From assembly GCA_964016885.1 (NCBI GenBank), contig OZ024743.1:20336001-20400000 (forward strand): DNA of 64,000 nucleotides. Reading direction: 5' to 3'. Below the pieces are notes generated by a model. The model worked only from the letters and a program-made list of their open reading frames with translations. It was not told where the DNA came from and did not search any database. Shown in pieces: positions 14,369 through 27,681 of this stretch. The stretch comes from Eledone cirrhosa. Its lineage: Eukaryota. Within the stretch, counting starts at the first letter, position 1; the number at the start of each line of letters is the position of its first letter. A program made the position numbers and the translations under genes.

Positions 14369-14608
14369 TTAACCCTTTTCTAATGAAAAAAAAAAAAAAA
14401 AAAAAAAAACCAGTCTCATTTTCAATTAATTTTCAGAATAATCAAGAATATGGAATGATTTAGTAATATAAATAACTTTTTTTATTATTAAGCTGGTGTT
14501 TCGAATTAGAATATATAAAACTATGATTGATGGCTTATAGATATTTATAAACAGATTAGTATAGCAGAATTAAGGATGATTTTAGGCAGTTTGGTATCAA
14601 AATGTTAA
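14369..14608. mobile_element. TTAA-flanked MITE-like element with internal poly-A
   Basis: Left ttaaccctttt, right tggtatcaaaatgttaa; degenerate inverted ends. Confidence 0.4.
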
Positions 14609-14759
14609 TAGGGTATTCTGACAAATTATACAACATTTCTGTTAGATTGAATGTAGTTGTGCCTGTTTCAGATATGAATATTTAATGAACTCTGTGTCAA
14701 CTCTTGATGTCTCACAAGTATTCAAGATTCCTGTCAATGCTACATACCAACAAGTCTTA

Positions 14760-15000
14760 AATGCAATATTCAAGTAGCCTGAACACAGCAACATGCAATT
14801 TCGGGCTGAACAAATTTAAGCCCTTTGCTATCACCCCTCAAATGCAAACACACTGCAACAAAAATACTGGTCAAGGAGAGATTGCAATCTCAATTAAAAT
14901 TAGTGCATGTTCTAGGGACTTATGTGAGCAATGGAGCCTTGTTTCATGTGTGTATTACCTAGATGAAAGCAATGTACAAATAACTAGTCAATCATACAGA
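14760..15000 (+). mobile_element. Possible ancient RTE reverse-transcriptase fragment
   Basis: LNTATCNFGLNKFK and, in another frame, LGTYVSNG..L..CIT*MKA loosely match FGLxIN..KT and YLGS.IS.DG....RI.KA. Confidence 0.3.
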
Positions 15001-15347
15001 TCAGATGGATTCTGAGATAATTTAGAATGAAAATCTCAGAAACCATGTTGGCCCTGAGGAAGACATTTATTTCAGCCATCTGGACTATCAGTCTCAAATC
15101 AAATAGTATTAAATAAACTTCAGAGCTCAAAAGTTTGCAGTGTATGTATGTCAAGATTATTGCCTCAATGAATCAGATAAGAAACTGAGGGGAGGCCTAA
15201 AGAACTAAAATATTTTCTCCCCAGTCAGCCTTACATTCTCAATCATTTACCTGTGAGTGTGTGTTAGTACAGGCTGTGAATTTCTAACTCTGCGTAAGTT
15301 TTGATTGGTAAGTTGCATGCAGTATTTTGTGCCCATTATTTGAGTAA

Positions 15348-15530
15348 GGCGGTGGATTGGCAGTATCAGTAGAGAGTCGGACGCCATGCTTTCCAGCATA
15401 GTTACGTCCCTTTACGATCTGAGTTCAAATCCCACCGAGGTTGCCTTTCATCCTTACGGGGTCGATAAAATAAAGTACCAGTAACGCACTAGGATAATTG
15501 CTGGCCTTGTGCCTAAAGTAGAAACAATTA
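15348..15530 (+). mobile_element. tRNA-derived SINE family 2, full length, 13-bp TSD
   Basis: A/B boxes (tggcagtatcag; gagttcaaatccc); attatttgagtaa at 15335-15347 and 15527-15539. Confidence 0.9.
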
Positions 15531-15662
15531 TTTGAGTAATAACTGCTATATCTATGAATATATCTGGAATATATCTGCTTGTTCTTTAATACGAACATTC
15601 ATTAATAAGGCAGATGTTTCTAAATATACCTTCTGAAAATATTACTAAAAGCAACATAAGTG

Positions 15663-15765
15663 ACATCATCATTTTTACATTCATTTTTCCATGCTTGTAT
15701 GTGTTGATGGGCCCTTTTCAGCACAGCATCTCTCCACACATCATGATCTTCCATCATCTCCACTT
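15663..15765 (-). mobile_element. Degenerate RTE family B 3' end
   Basis: catcatcatttttacat...ttcagcacagcatctctccac matches the ends at 23419 and 39369. Confidence 0.7.
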
Positions 15766-16496
15766 TGAGTCAGCTACTAGTAGTTTTTGTAATAGCAGCT
15801 AAATCTTCCTAATTCTTAACTCTGTCATAAGAATACAATAAATATATGGGATATCTAAGTTTGGCAGAAACATGTATGTATGCTTGTATGGCATAAATGT
15901 GTGTGTGTACAACTTATATAATCAGACAGCATTGTATAATGTATATTCAAAGACGGTGATCATTATTGAAGTATTTTTTCAATCGGACAACAATAAGCAA
16001 TGAAATTTTGGTGAACGTTTCAACAAAACATTTGAAGAAAGATAGTAGGTGTTTACTTGGTGATATCTCTATGAGCATCCCTTCAAAGGAATGTTCAAGT
16101 ATTATGTTGTAAGCAGTGGCAAAATTAATTTTCCTGTGTATTTTGAAATATCAACCATGCATTATTTCTAAGCAACAAATGACCTGGAGAAAACTGAAAT
16201 AATTGATGATATGTTGCTCTTTCACATAAGTCATCACCATAGTTACAATAAGGCAATATATATTTCAACTGTTTCTTCAAACTTTCAATATTTACATTAA
16301 TCATTTAGACATTGATATTATACAGACCTCTTTCAATTCAGAGATGCTTTATAAGCTTGCAGACATTTACATGTGGCTTCATATTGATTGGCACCACTGA
16401 CGAGTGGGATTCTATTGGAAGTTGCCAAAATTCTTGATGATATATCATTGACAGCTGGTGATGAGAATGCACTGCAGTTGTAGTTGTATGTCGGCA

Positions 16497-16563
16497 TATA
16501 TATATACACGCGCGTGCGCATGCATGCACGCGCGCGCGCGCGCATGCACGCACGCACACACAT
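16497..16563. repeat. Alternating purine-pyrimidine tract with (CG)n core
   Basis: tatatatacacgcgcgtgcgcatgcatgcacgcgcgcgcgcgcgcatgcacgcacgcacacacat. Confidence 0.9.
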
Positions 16564-19429
16564 TTAGCCTGCTCTAAAGTAGTGTGGAGGCTATAACTGA
16601 GAGAGCTGAATATTCATAATTTTGACCTAATTTATTGTCAGCCAACTTTGGTGAAGTTAAACTCCTGCATGCAATCTTAGATTGCTTTTATATCTCTAGA
16701 TATATGGAATTAATCATCTGAGGGTTTCGATTTGGCACTAAATCTATGAAAATATATATATGTAATGCATTGTAGTGTGTAAGAATTACTTAGTTTATAT
16801 ATAAATATATGTTTAGTTACCTAAAGTAATTTTGTGGATATAATCCATGGAGAGAATATGTCACACAGATGTCAGGACTGTAATTTGAACCTAGTTAGAT
16901 ATCATTCAGTGTTTTTATAGTTAGAACTGTGAATATAATAATAGCTTGTTTATATGTATCTGTTTAGAATTACTCATTTGGTGTAAGTTTAATTTCTGCT
17001 GCAGAAATGTTGCTTTCAATAGACTGCATTCTATCAAAGGATCCAATTTGCTCTTATCTACTTAAGGCTCATCAATCTAAAGATAACCACGGTTCTATTA
17101 ATAAAATAAATAATAGTTTATGTGTATATTTGTATGTGTAGATGTATATAATTGTGTGCATTTGCATATGTTTGTATCTGTAAGTATGTATATAATCATG
17201 GAATTGACTTCTCAAAGAACTTGGGATAAAGAAACAATTTATAATTATGGAAAATCTGTGCAGAAACGGGTCTAAATAATTGTAATAAACAGAAATGAAT
17301 GATACAACAGAATATCAGCCTAGTGGAGTATTGTAGGTATCAGAATACAGGGCCAATTGGTTTAGAGTTACATTTTAAATAACCCACCTTTGGTTTATAT
17401 TTGAATATATCTATTGAGCTGGAAAAAAAAATCAATAGCAAAATTCTTTATCTTTTGAAGTGTGTGATAAAACAATTATATGTCTTCTTTAAATGAGGTT
17501 ATGTTCATCTTAACAGCCAATGAAGCCTTAATATGATGAAAGCCAGAAATGAATAATAACTGAATTATTGAAACATTAATTTGATTAATAATTTTTTTAT
17601 GATATTATTTTAAGCCAGTGAAGTTTTGAATATATCTAATTTATTAATGTTTAACCTAGTGGTATCAACAAAGAATTATATATTTCAGCTCAGGTATCAA
17701 TAAGTATATAAATATAATTTATATTTGAGAAAAGAAACTATTATTTTTTTGTGGCAAAGTACATGAGGATTGAAATTCAGTAGTAAATCCAAATGACTAT
17801 TTAGACTCTAAATTTTAGAGATTTCATGACATTAAAAACATTTGTGAAATCATTGCAAAAGACCTATATATTATTTCTTGAAAAGAACTATAAGAAATTT
17901 TGATTTCTTTTTTATATTCATTGAACTTAAGGAAATGAAAATTCAGGCACCTATTAATGTCATTCTTGTTACTTGGGAAAGAAAGTGAAAATACAAAACT
18001 AAAAACCGTATAACCAACAGACAGAAAATTCAACTTTGAATAAATGTTATACATTAAACTGCAGTAAGTTTTGATGAAGTGCACTAAAATAGAGCTTAAT
18101 GCATATCACTTGTCAGATTCAATAGCAAATTATTTTATCCTTGTTTTAGGAAAGAATCAACATAATTCTTGTCAATATAAAGGATATTAATAACCACATG
18201 TTGAACATCTAGTAGAATACTAAAAGATATGGAATAGTATAAGATATCACTTCAAAATTGCTCCATAATCAGCATCTATAACAACCCTCAATTTAAGAAG
18301 CATGCCAATCATTAACAATCATGCTTTAACCAGAAGAAACTAATTTACACGTGAAGATTAAATTAGAAATCAGTTTGTAATTGAGATCTGCAACATAATG
18401 GAAGCTAGCTTTCCTGAGCAGTTGCATCATAGCCCGTTTAACTGAGATAATAAATTCAGCCAACAGATTGTAACCAGTTTCATGAGGGAGCCTATTAATC
18501 AAACCATTCCATAAGGACAAAATCAGAAACAGAATACAAAGAGATAACTTGATATCAGCATTCTTCACATCATGAAGAATCTCACCATAAATCAAAATGG
18601 CAGAGTTAATTGCTATTCTTTGAGGAACAAATCATAGAACAAAATTCCAGGCAGTGTTTTGTATTCTTGCCAATATTTATCTTAACAACTGCATATCTGA
18701 AATTTATTGATTTTATAGTTTTAAAAAATTAAACACAAGGTCATCTGAATTTGGATAAATATGTTTAGAGTTATCACTCTCCTATAACTTATGAACCAAG
18801 TTGAAAAATGTTTTTCCATTAACCTCTTTATATTTTGTGCATGGATTTAGTATTTTATTTTTGGCCTAGAAAAGTATAAATTGTATTATCCAATCATATG
18901 AAATCTATTTTCATTGGAATAGGTGGGCTCATATTTATGCCATAGCATTATTTTTAAATGTTTGTCAAGCCATGAAATATATCAGAACTTTTTAGCTGAA
19001 GAATGCAAGACAAGAATGAAGTACCACATAGTTGGGCTGTTAAATATTATACAAGTTTGAAATTAAACTTGATAACAATACCCATATTTAAACTGCTTAA
19101 GTTAATTTGAAATCATGTTTCCAATTTTCAGTAACAAGCATGATAGGAAATGCTCTTAATGGGAATGTTATTGCAACTTAGACACAATGGTGCTATCACC
19201 AATATGTAAATATAGCAATTCCATATATGTGAAATATTGAGCTAATTTCTTGAAGAAGATCCTGAAATCTTACTTTGTCAACAAATCAAAGAAACCTGTT
19301 TCCCATATCCATGTAATACAATAAAATAATTCTATTCCTCCTGATATTTCTAAGATACAGGCAACCAACTAGATAAATAGGTATCCCTAATAATACTGTT
19401 TTCTTAAAAATTACTAAAAGAATACAAAA

Positions 19430-19735
19430 TTCCCCAACAGGTTTGCAGTGGAGATTTCTGGTGTCCTTAGCCCTAGGGCCACCTCCCTACTCACCATTAT
19501 AGGCACAAAGTTGGCTAACTGCAGATGTGAGCCTTACAAGCTCGAATGGCTCTTCTTGAATGGTGCATCTCTCTCATCATCTTCTGGGGAAACGCCTTTT
19601 CTATTGTCTGCTGGGGCTATGGGGTGGCCAGCGTGTGGAAGCCCATTTGCTCATAATAGTGAGAGATAGGAAGGGTGGGAAAGATATAGGCAATGACAGT
19701 GGGAGTTTGGTTCCTCTGTTCAGACCTGGTGTATA
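19430..19735 (+). mobile_element. CRE-like non-LTR retrotransposon 3' fragment (restriction-like endonuclease C-terminus)
   Basis: FAVEISGVLSPRATSLLTIIGTKLANCRCEPYKLEWLF...GNAFSIV matches the ETxG..G..A..L..IG...WL.QR.S....RGNA pattern; homologous to 57152-57470. Confidence 0.7.
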
Positions 19736-21470
19736 TGTGTGTGTAATTTTACACTATTAAAAACTTATAAGTGTATTGATTGATGGGGATTAAATAGCCG
19801 AATGATTTATTTCATTGCAGCAATGCTATTTGATTTATTAAACCTCCAAAATTGCAGGTCTAACAGTAATAAAGTTTTTAAATTTTCACAAGGAGAAAGA
19901 GCATCATTGATTTGTACCTATAACAAATCTTCTAATAAATTATGAACAAAAGAACAGATGCTGAAAAACATACACTATCCTACCTAAATATTTTTTCTTG
20001 ACTTAAGATGTGCAAATGTTTTCATAGCACTTTATTTTGCAATATCAATTTCTATTGACAGATTTCATGAAGAATTTAATCTGTTTTATGTCATGAATGA
20101 CCATAAATATGTCTTTTATAAGCTTTAGTCTACTAAAGTTTCTCTTTCCTATTGATGCAGTTATATCTTATAACTTACTACTGTTGATGAATTCAACTAA
20201 AGGAACAGCCAAATTAACACTTACACTTCATAAAAGTAATGAATTAATTTACTTACATTCCAGCAAGCTATGCTATCTGACTGATGCAGCTCTTGGTGAC
20301 AAGTGTTCAGATGGTTGTTTACATATGCAAGAAACAGAAAGACAAATATTGAAATAAAAAAGGACCTCTATAGTTAACATCATATCTTGTTTGTTAGTGG
20401 GAAAAAAAATGTCACAACTTGCAATATTTCAAGTTTACCAATCATGACTTTGTTCAATTCTCTTGATCATAAGATTGTCTGTCAAAAGTACCACTTTTTA
20501 CTTTTTTCTGCTTGATAACATGAAATTGTTCTATCAAACCATGGGTGGTCAACTAATTTACAAGGAAGTAATGCCTAACTGACACTTTATCCTTTAATTC
20601 AAACATTTCTGCTGAAGACTATAATTTGCTTATGTCCAACATAGTCAACACCAACTTCCATTCACATGCTTACTTACACAATATTTTAAAATAAGCTTGA
20701 TTCCATTAAAGGAATATTCATATTTTATATCTATTACATTTTATTTGTTTTCACATTTTCCCATGATGTGTAATTCTCTTTCATTTGATGCTCCAGCTGA
20801 TCACCTGAATTACCTGCAATTTTAGCTGGCCACGGGCAAAGTTGACCTTGGCAAGATTGAATGTAGTTGTATGCACAATGATTAGATACTTTATCCCTTA
20901 ACAAGAAAGTTAAAATATCTTTTAAGAAATTATCTGAGAGAAAAATTATTTTGGAATTTCTTTCTTTCACATACTGGAGTTTTATTAGTGAATTTATACA
21001 TCATATAACAAAAATGTTCATAAATAATAAATCTACATTTTAATTTACCAAGTTAAAAATTCTATTTAGTAAGAAAGTTATATAGGTTTCTGCTACTGTT
21101 CTTTCATATGTGAGGAACTAAGAAACTATTTGATGGTTTATCTTTCTGTTACTTTTCATGTTTATTTAAACTTACTTTGTGCTTGTTTGGTTTTAGAGTG
21201 ACTACCAAAAATTTTGAAAGTGATATAAGCTGATGAAAAGCTTATGTGATTTTCCTATCATCCTAAATAATTTTGTTAAGATTCTAGTACTTATCTGAAT
21301 GGCCATTTTCTTTAAGAATTTTATTTAAATCTCAGAAATCTATTTAATCTCACTATCTAATGGCATACATGAAGTATTGTTTCTATTCATTTTAGTTTTG
21401 AAAGTAAATTCAGCAAGTTCATTTTTGACTGCATTGAAATAGCATTTGTGTTTAAATGATCATACAATGA

Positions 21471-21521
21471 TTGTGTTCATAGTTAGGAGCGCTGTTGTGC
21501 TCATAGTTAGGAGCACTGTTG
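21471..21521. repeat. 24-bp tandem duplication
   Basis: ttgtgttcatagttaggagcgctg / ttgtgctcatagttaggagcactg. Confidence 0.85.
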
Positions 21522-22544
21522 CAGAACAAAACCCACGTCCTTGGATTCATCTTTTTTTTATATTCTTAGCAAGGACCTACATTAATTACCCAACACCAGG
21601 TCTTCCTTTATTTAGATTAATCTGTTAGTAAAAACAGACCTATTTATAGCAGAATATGATGTTGCTTAGTTGAGTCTCTTGTCATCTCTGATTTTGCACA
21701 TAAGAGGTGACAAGAGATACACATAGCCAGTTGTCTGTATATGCATGTATTTGTGTGCGTACACGAGTATGTAAATTTAGACATCATTTAAAAAAATTGT
21801 TAACTTATATATTAATCAAAGATTATTTACCAAATATTTTAAAGGGGTTTTTGACTATATTTTGAGAAGCTATTCTAATTGCTTGAGTGTTATTTTTTCA
21901 CATTTTATGAATAATGGAAATATTGGAAATATAATTTAAATATATAGAAAATATTATTATGGATAATTTAATGAAAAAATGAACACAAAAAATCCTTTCA
22001 AATTTCTTCCAATTATTATTTATTAGGACTTATATTTTTCAATATTTTATATTCTTATAACCATAGTGACTTCAAAATTCAACCAGCATCTATTGGATAA
22101 CATTTTGTATTTATATTAAATTTTATTTCATATCAATTCAATAATTTCTCATAGAATTCAATAAAAGTTTAAATATAACTGAAAATGCCTCAATATATAT
22201 ACATGCCAATAACTTATGGAATTTCAGATAAAATTTGAAAATCCTGCATCTTGTTTTGTTTGTTTGTGTGTGTCAAAATGACTGGTGTGTAATATCGTCT
22301 GTATTGGTTGCATATGGATGCATGCATTAATTACATATATATGTATGTGTGTATGAGAGAGAGAGAAAGAGTGTGTGTGTTAGCGTTATTGAGATTTAGT
22401 GCTGATCGTTCATACAAGTTAGAAAGAATAATGTAGATGTAATATAAATGATTAAATATGTATTAACATCAATTGATTTTTTTCTGGTGTGTGAATCTGT
22501 ATATATGATCATCATCGTTTATACACATATATATGTGTGTATGA

Positions 22545-23322
22545 TCATCAGCACCATTTAACATCAATTTTTCCATGCTAGCATGGGTTAAACGAGTTGT
22601 CTCATTTTGAAACAAGCCAGATCAGATGACTGTGTCTGGCTCATTCTGGACTGATTTGGGCTTGATTTCCTAATGCCAACCTCATTTACAGAGTGGACTG
22701 GATGTTTTTTATTGTGACACTTTACAGTGTGAGCTGGATCCTTTTTTTCATAACACCTACATAACCACTTTACACTGTGGACAGTGTATGCTTTTTGTCA
22801 TGGCACCAGAAATGATCACTTTATAGTGTAGACTGGGGGTGGGGTGGGGGAGGTGCATGGGAATTGGAGAGGTAGATGTAGAGTGGGCATTTACTTTGTG
22901 AGGGGTGAGGGTTGTGGATAAAGCCTGGGGTGTTAGGATGTTGGAGGTGTATGGAAGGGTGAGTGGGGAGATAAAGGAGAGTAGTGTGACTAGATGTATG
23001 TTTCTATCTGTGCATATGAGAAGGCGTGTCTTCTGTATTGCTGCATAATGCCAGAAATCTCAATCCTGTGTCATCACCTTTGAGAGGTCTAATTGTGCAT
23101 GGTCAGCTTTTATCACCTCATCCCAAGTCTTCATAGGTCTTCTTACTACATAGCTTCCATTAACTTTAAGCACCCTGCATCTTTTTATACAGCTGTCATT
23201 CATCATATGCATCATGTGTCCATACCAACTCAATCTCTTCTCTTGCACACTGTAACTGATCCTTCTTATGCCTAGTTTCTCTCTCAGTTCATTTATGCTT
23301 TGCTGTTCATGTATATTACTTG
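22545..23322 (-). mobile_element. 5'-truncated RTE LINE, family A
   Basis: ELREKLGIRRI..VQEKRLSWYGHMMHM...RRPMKTWDEVI is the RTE ORF2 C-terminus; 3'UTR with ~45-bp repeats; CAT tail. Confidence 0.9.
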
Positions 23323-23352
23323 CCATACATGTATATTATTATATATGTCATC

Positions 23353-23410
23353 AAAGTACCAGTAATGCACTGGGTAATTGCTGGCCTTGTGCCTAAAGTA
23401 GAAACAATTA
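23353..23410 (+). mobile_element. 5'-truncated SINE family 2 with 18-bp TSD
   Basis: aaagtaccagtaatgcactgggtaattgctggccttgtgcctaaagtagaaac flanked by attattatatatgtcatc (23335-23352 and 23407-23424). Confidence 0.9.
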
Positions 23411-23418
23411 TTATATAT

Positions 23419-23674
23419 GTCATCATCTTCATCATTTTACATCTGCTTTTCTCTGGTTGCAAGGGTGGGATGGGTCATATTCAGCACAGCATCTCTCCAT
23501 TCATCACGGTCCTTCGTCATCTCCTCCATGAGCTTCATCAATCTGAGGTCAACTCTCACCACCTCCGCCCATGATTTTCGTGGTCGTCTTCTACTGTGTC
23601 TTCCTTCTACTGGGATTTCTTGGCACTTCTTTACCCAGCGGTCATCCTCTTTGCACATCACATGTCAATACCAA
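23419..23674 (-). mobile_element. 5'-truncated RTE LINE, family B
   Basis: WVKKCQEIPVEGRHSRRRPRKSWAEVVRVDL...TKDRDEWR; 5' end abuts (TA)n. Confidence 0.9.
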
Positions 23675-23705
23675 CATATATATATATATATATGTATGTA
23701 TGTAT

Positions 23706-23763
<58 letters not shown>
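23675..23763. repeat. (TA)n-(TG)n microsatellite
   Basis: Direct read. Confidence 0.95.
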
Positions 23764-23766
<3 letters not shown>

Positions 23767-24269
23767 AAGGCACATCATTTGGATAGCTTTGGTTAGGATA
23801 TTAAGTGAAATAGTCAACAAATTATTGAAATAATTTAGAAATGAATGTAGTAAATTAAAAGAAACAATCATATTTTCCACCATTTTTCTTTTGTAAGATT
23901 GAATCCCTTTTAACACCATGACATTGTCCCTAATTTTACAATACAAAACTATTTGTTTTAATGTTTCTGTTTATCTCAAAACCATCCATCAGACAGCGAG
24001 CTAGAGAGGCAGGGAAAGAAAAAGAGAGGGTAAGAAGAGAGAGGGTGAGAGCCGTTAATATGCATAAGGAAAGTATATACTTTCAGACGTTCAATCATCT
24101 GGCAGGAAGGTATACGGTGCTGACGATAGCTAATAAGCTTGAAACTAGCACATCGTTCCTTTGTCAGTGTTGAACAAAAGAGCAACGATGGTTGCTAAAC
24201 ACTGTACGGCTTAATTCTGGATGTTTGTTTACAAACACACCGAGCATTATAATAAATGTTCGGTGAATC

Positions 24270-24370
24270 CATACGTACATATATATGTGCGCATGTATGT
24301 ATATATATACATACTGTACGTCTGTATACATATATGTATGTACGTATACATACTTATATATATATTATAT

Positions 24371-24430
<60 letters not shown>

Positions 24431-24495
24431 GTGTGTGTACATATATATATATATATATATAATATATGTGTGTGTACATATATATATATATATAT

Positions 24496-24546
<51 letters not shown>
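24270..24546. repeat. Long compound (TA)n/(TG) microsatellite with higher-order repeats
   Basis: Direct read. Confidence 0.95.
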
Positions 24547-24548
<2 letters not shown>

Positions 24549-25380
24549 TCATCATCATCGTTTAACGTCCATATTCCACGCTGGCATAGGTTTGGACGGG
24601 AGTTTTCCCACTTGAGGCAAGAGTGGTTGTCTTGCTCGCATAGGACTGTCTGGCAGGTTTTCTACGGCTGGATGCCCTTCCTAACACCAACCACATTTAC
24701 AGTGTGGAACTGGGAGGTTTTTACCGTGTTACCTACACGGCCACATTAAAGCGTGGACTGTGTGTTTTTTTGTCGTGACACCTACACGACCTCATTTGTT
24801 TCAGGCTGGATGTTGTGGTACCAACATAAATTTACATTGAAAGGGGTGGTGTGGATGGGTGGGAGTAGTGGGACGGGGGTGTATTTTGTTAGAGGTGCTA
24901 CTTACTGTAGTAGGTTTCACTTTGTACTTAGGTAAGGCGGGTCTTCTCTATTATTGTGTAGCGCCAACGATCTCGGTCCAGTGACATTGTCTTGGAGAGG
25001 TGTAAGTGTGTGAGGTCGGAATTTATCAAGTTGTCCCAGGTTTTTCTGGGTCTGCCTACTCCGTGGCTACCGTCTATTTTTATTGCCCTGCACTTTTTTA
25101 TACAGCTGTCTTTCATGAGCATCACGTGACCATACCAACGTAGTCTTCTCTCGAGTAAACAACGTCTGATCCCTCTTATTTCTAATTTTTCCCTTAGTTC
25201 GTTTATGCTTTGCCGTTCGCGTATATTACTATTACACATCCAGCGTATATCCTCTGCACACAATGCCCAGGTCTCACTGCCATGCAACATTGCTGTTCGT
25301 ATGCAGGCATCATACAGCCTGCCTTTCATTTTTAGGGAGAACCCTTTAGCGGCTAATAGTGGTATAAGCTCTCTGAACTT
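24546..25380 (-). mobile_element. 5'-truncated RTE LINE, family A, embedded in (TA)n
   Basis: KFRELIPLL..KGFSLKMKGRLYDACIRTAMLHGSETW...RLRWYGHVM...GRPRKTW; (CAT)n tail; TA runs on both sides. Confidence 0.95.
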
Positions 25381-25384
25381 TATA

Positions 25385-25474
25385 TATATATGTGTGCCTG
25401 CCTGTATATATGTATGCATATATGTGTGTGTGTGTGCCTGCCTGTATATATGTATGCATATATGTGTGTGTGTG
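25385..25474. repeat. ~40-bp tandem duplication at the RTE 5' junction
   Basis: tgtgtgcctgcctgtatatatgtatgcatatatgtgtgtg x2. Confidence 0.85.
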
Positions 25475-25984
25475 ATTGCACACATTGTCAATGCATCTTG
25501 TGTAATTCTATTATATAATAAGATAAAAAGATATGTATTGTAAATGTCGAAAGTTATAATAGTTTAGCTATATTGGCTTAAATCTGCATTGAGCTTATTA
25601 ATTGGATATCTTTATACCTGTAGTACTGTGATATTTTTTTTTTACTGTGTTATTGTATTATAATCTTATCCTAACTTTTTAGTTCCATATATATTTCATA
25701 CATTTCCTTATAGTTTTGACTTTGTTGTCTACGTATGTACAACATTTCTTTCAGTCGTTCATTTCTGATACTGACCCTTAGTTATACACTCTGTTCACAT
25801 TTAGAATCCCTTCTCAACAATAGGAAGATATGCAAATATTTGATTTGAATCTACTCCTCTGTAGATTTTACATCAGTTTTACTTTTTGTAAATATTTTGA
25901 ATGTTGTTTCAATTCTATTTTAATTTTGATGCTTCAGCAAATTTGTATTTTGTGTGTTGCTAATATATTAAAGTTGTATTAATG

Positions 25985-26290
25985 AAGCTGTGTGGTTACT
26001 GGTTAAAGCAAAGGATTCACAATCATGAGTTTGTGAGTTTAAATCATAGACTAAGTAGGGTGCTTTGTCTGTGAGCGAAACACTTTGTTTTCCAACGCTT
26101 CAGTTTATTTATCTGGAAAGGAATTGTGACGTCAGTGGGGCCAATCTGTATCAGTCTTTTCCTTTCTCTTAGAATACATTGGTAATATGAAGAGGGGAGA
26201 CTAGCAAGTATTGGCAACTGCTGGTCAAAAATACCTTGGAAGGGAACCTTCTAGGTGCAAAAACCCTTGGTCATTAGTAACCAAAATGGA
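25985..26290 (+). mobile_element. Degenerate CORE-type SINE
   Basis: tRNA-like head (tgtgtggttactggttaaagc...gagtttaaatc) and CORE-like gagcgaaacactttgttttcc. Confidence 0.55.
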
Positions 26291-26343
26291 TCTTAAGACT
26301 TGCTCAATGACAAAAAAGCCCTTTTTCTAAAAAGTGGTCTTCT

Positions 26344-26450
26344 TCATCATCATCAGCTAATGTTTATTTTTCCATACTAGCATGGGTTAGACAAGTTGTC
26401 TCATTTGAGACATGTCAGATCAGGTGACCATCTCTTGCTCATACAGAACT
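26344..26450 (-). mobile_element. RTE family A 3' terminal fragment
   Basis: catcatcatc...ttccatactagcatgggttagacaagttgtctcatttgag...ttgctcatacagaact. Confidence 0.75.
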
Positions 26451-27681
26451 ATTGTATTTATTGGATTTATTTCAATTCAGTTGCTTTTGGCTGGCTAGAA
26501 CTATTCCTGAATTTTTGCTTCATTTACTTTATACTTCAGAAAAAGAAAAGTTCCAATGTTCTAAACAAATTAACATATATAGAGATTGTAGCAGTAGATA
26601 AATCACCCTTTCCTCTGTGTTTATAAGATTTTGTCTTCAGCCTTTGACTGGTACATAAGTTGCATGTTTCTTTTCATAAATATAATTTGCAGCTTTGCTT
26701 GCAGTTAATTTAAATAAAAAAAAAAAATTACAAAAAACATTTAGCTAAAGTAACCACAATCATTGCCTACATTTCAAACAAACAGATTAAGCTACGTTTT
26801 TAAATCATTTCTAAATGTTTGACAATATATGTAGCATCTAATGAGTATTAAGATTACAGCTGGTTGAATGAAAACTATGCCCATATTTTTCATACTCAGG
26901 GAAGTCATTTTTATTTTTGCATGAGATGTCATCAACATATATTTGTTTGCTGTCCTCATATCCATAAATAGCAAACATTGACTTGAACAACCAGCCCTAC
27001 ATTCTTCATCCTTTGCCTCTCTCTGTATGTATGTTAGTTAGTGTTGCAAGCAAAGTTCAAGCTCTGAGCAATGCCTGTTAAGTTGCATGCGGTCATTTGC
27101 ACAAGTTTTTTTTCCTTATATTTTTTTGTTTTTTTAGCAAAAATTGCTGAGATGTTGCTACAAGTATATATGACTCATAGCGAAGAATATTTTGGCCAAA
27201 GCCTTACACAGGATTGTCTAAGTTAAAAAAGAACGGAGAACTACCATACTTCAAAGTTCTCTATCCTATGCCAGCAGCATACAAAAGAAATAAAAATGGA
27301 CATTAAAACAATGATGAAGATTAGATTCTAATAGGTTAGACAATTACACTATATTGTCCCTCTAATACTTATTAACAAACTAATTTGGAATGATATTTTA
27401 TTATAGATATTTTCATAAGAAAGTTTTGTTGCAAATGGATGTATATATAGAAATGGCTTCTACAGGACGAGAACTATTTCATTCAAGAATCCGTTCTAGT
27501 CCTGTAGAAGCCATTTCTATATTAAATGTTGTATATACTCTACTATGTATTGAGTACCTTACTTACTGTGGTTACCCCCAATTGAACCCAGGATATATAT
27601 ATATATATGTATATATGAAAAATTCAGGACCCCGACGGCTGAGCTCCTGCTATTTCAACAGCTATATCCGAACTCATATAT

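Noticed and set aside
18326-18595. 89-aa minus-strand ORF (also 2371-2646)
   Set aside because: No recognisable motif or splice structure; the length is within chance range.
20520-20670. YQTMGG (piggyBac-like) and EVGVDYVG (integrase-like) peptide snippets
   Set aside because: Isolated short matches on opposite strands without supporting neighbouring motifs.
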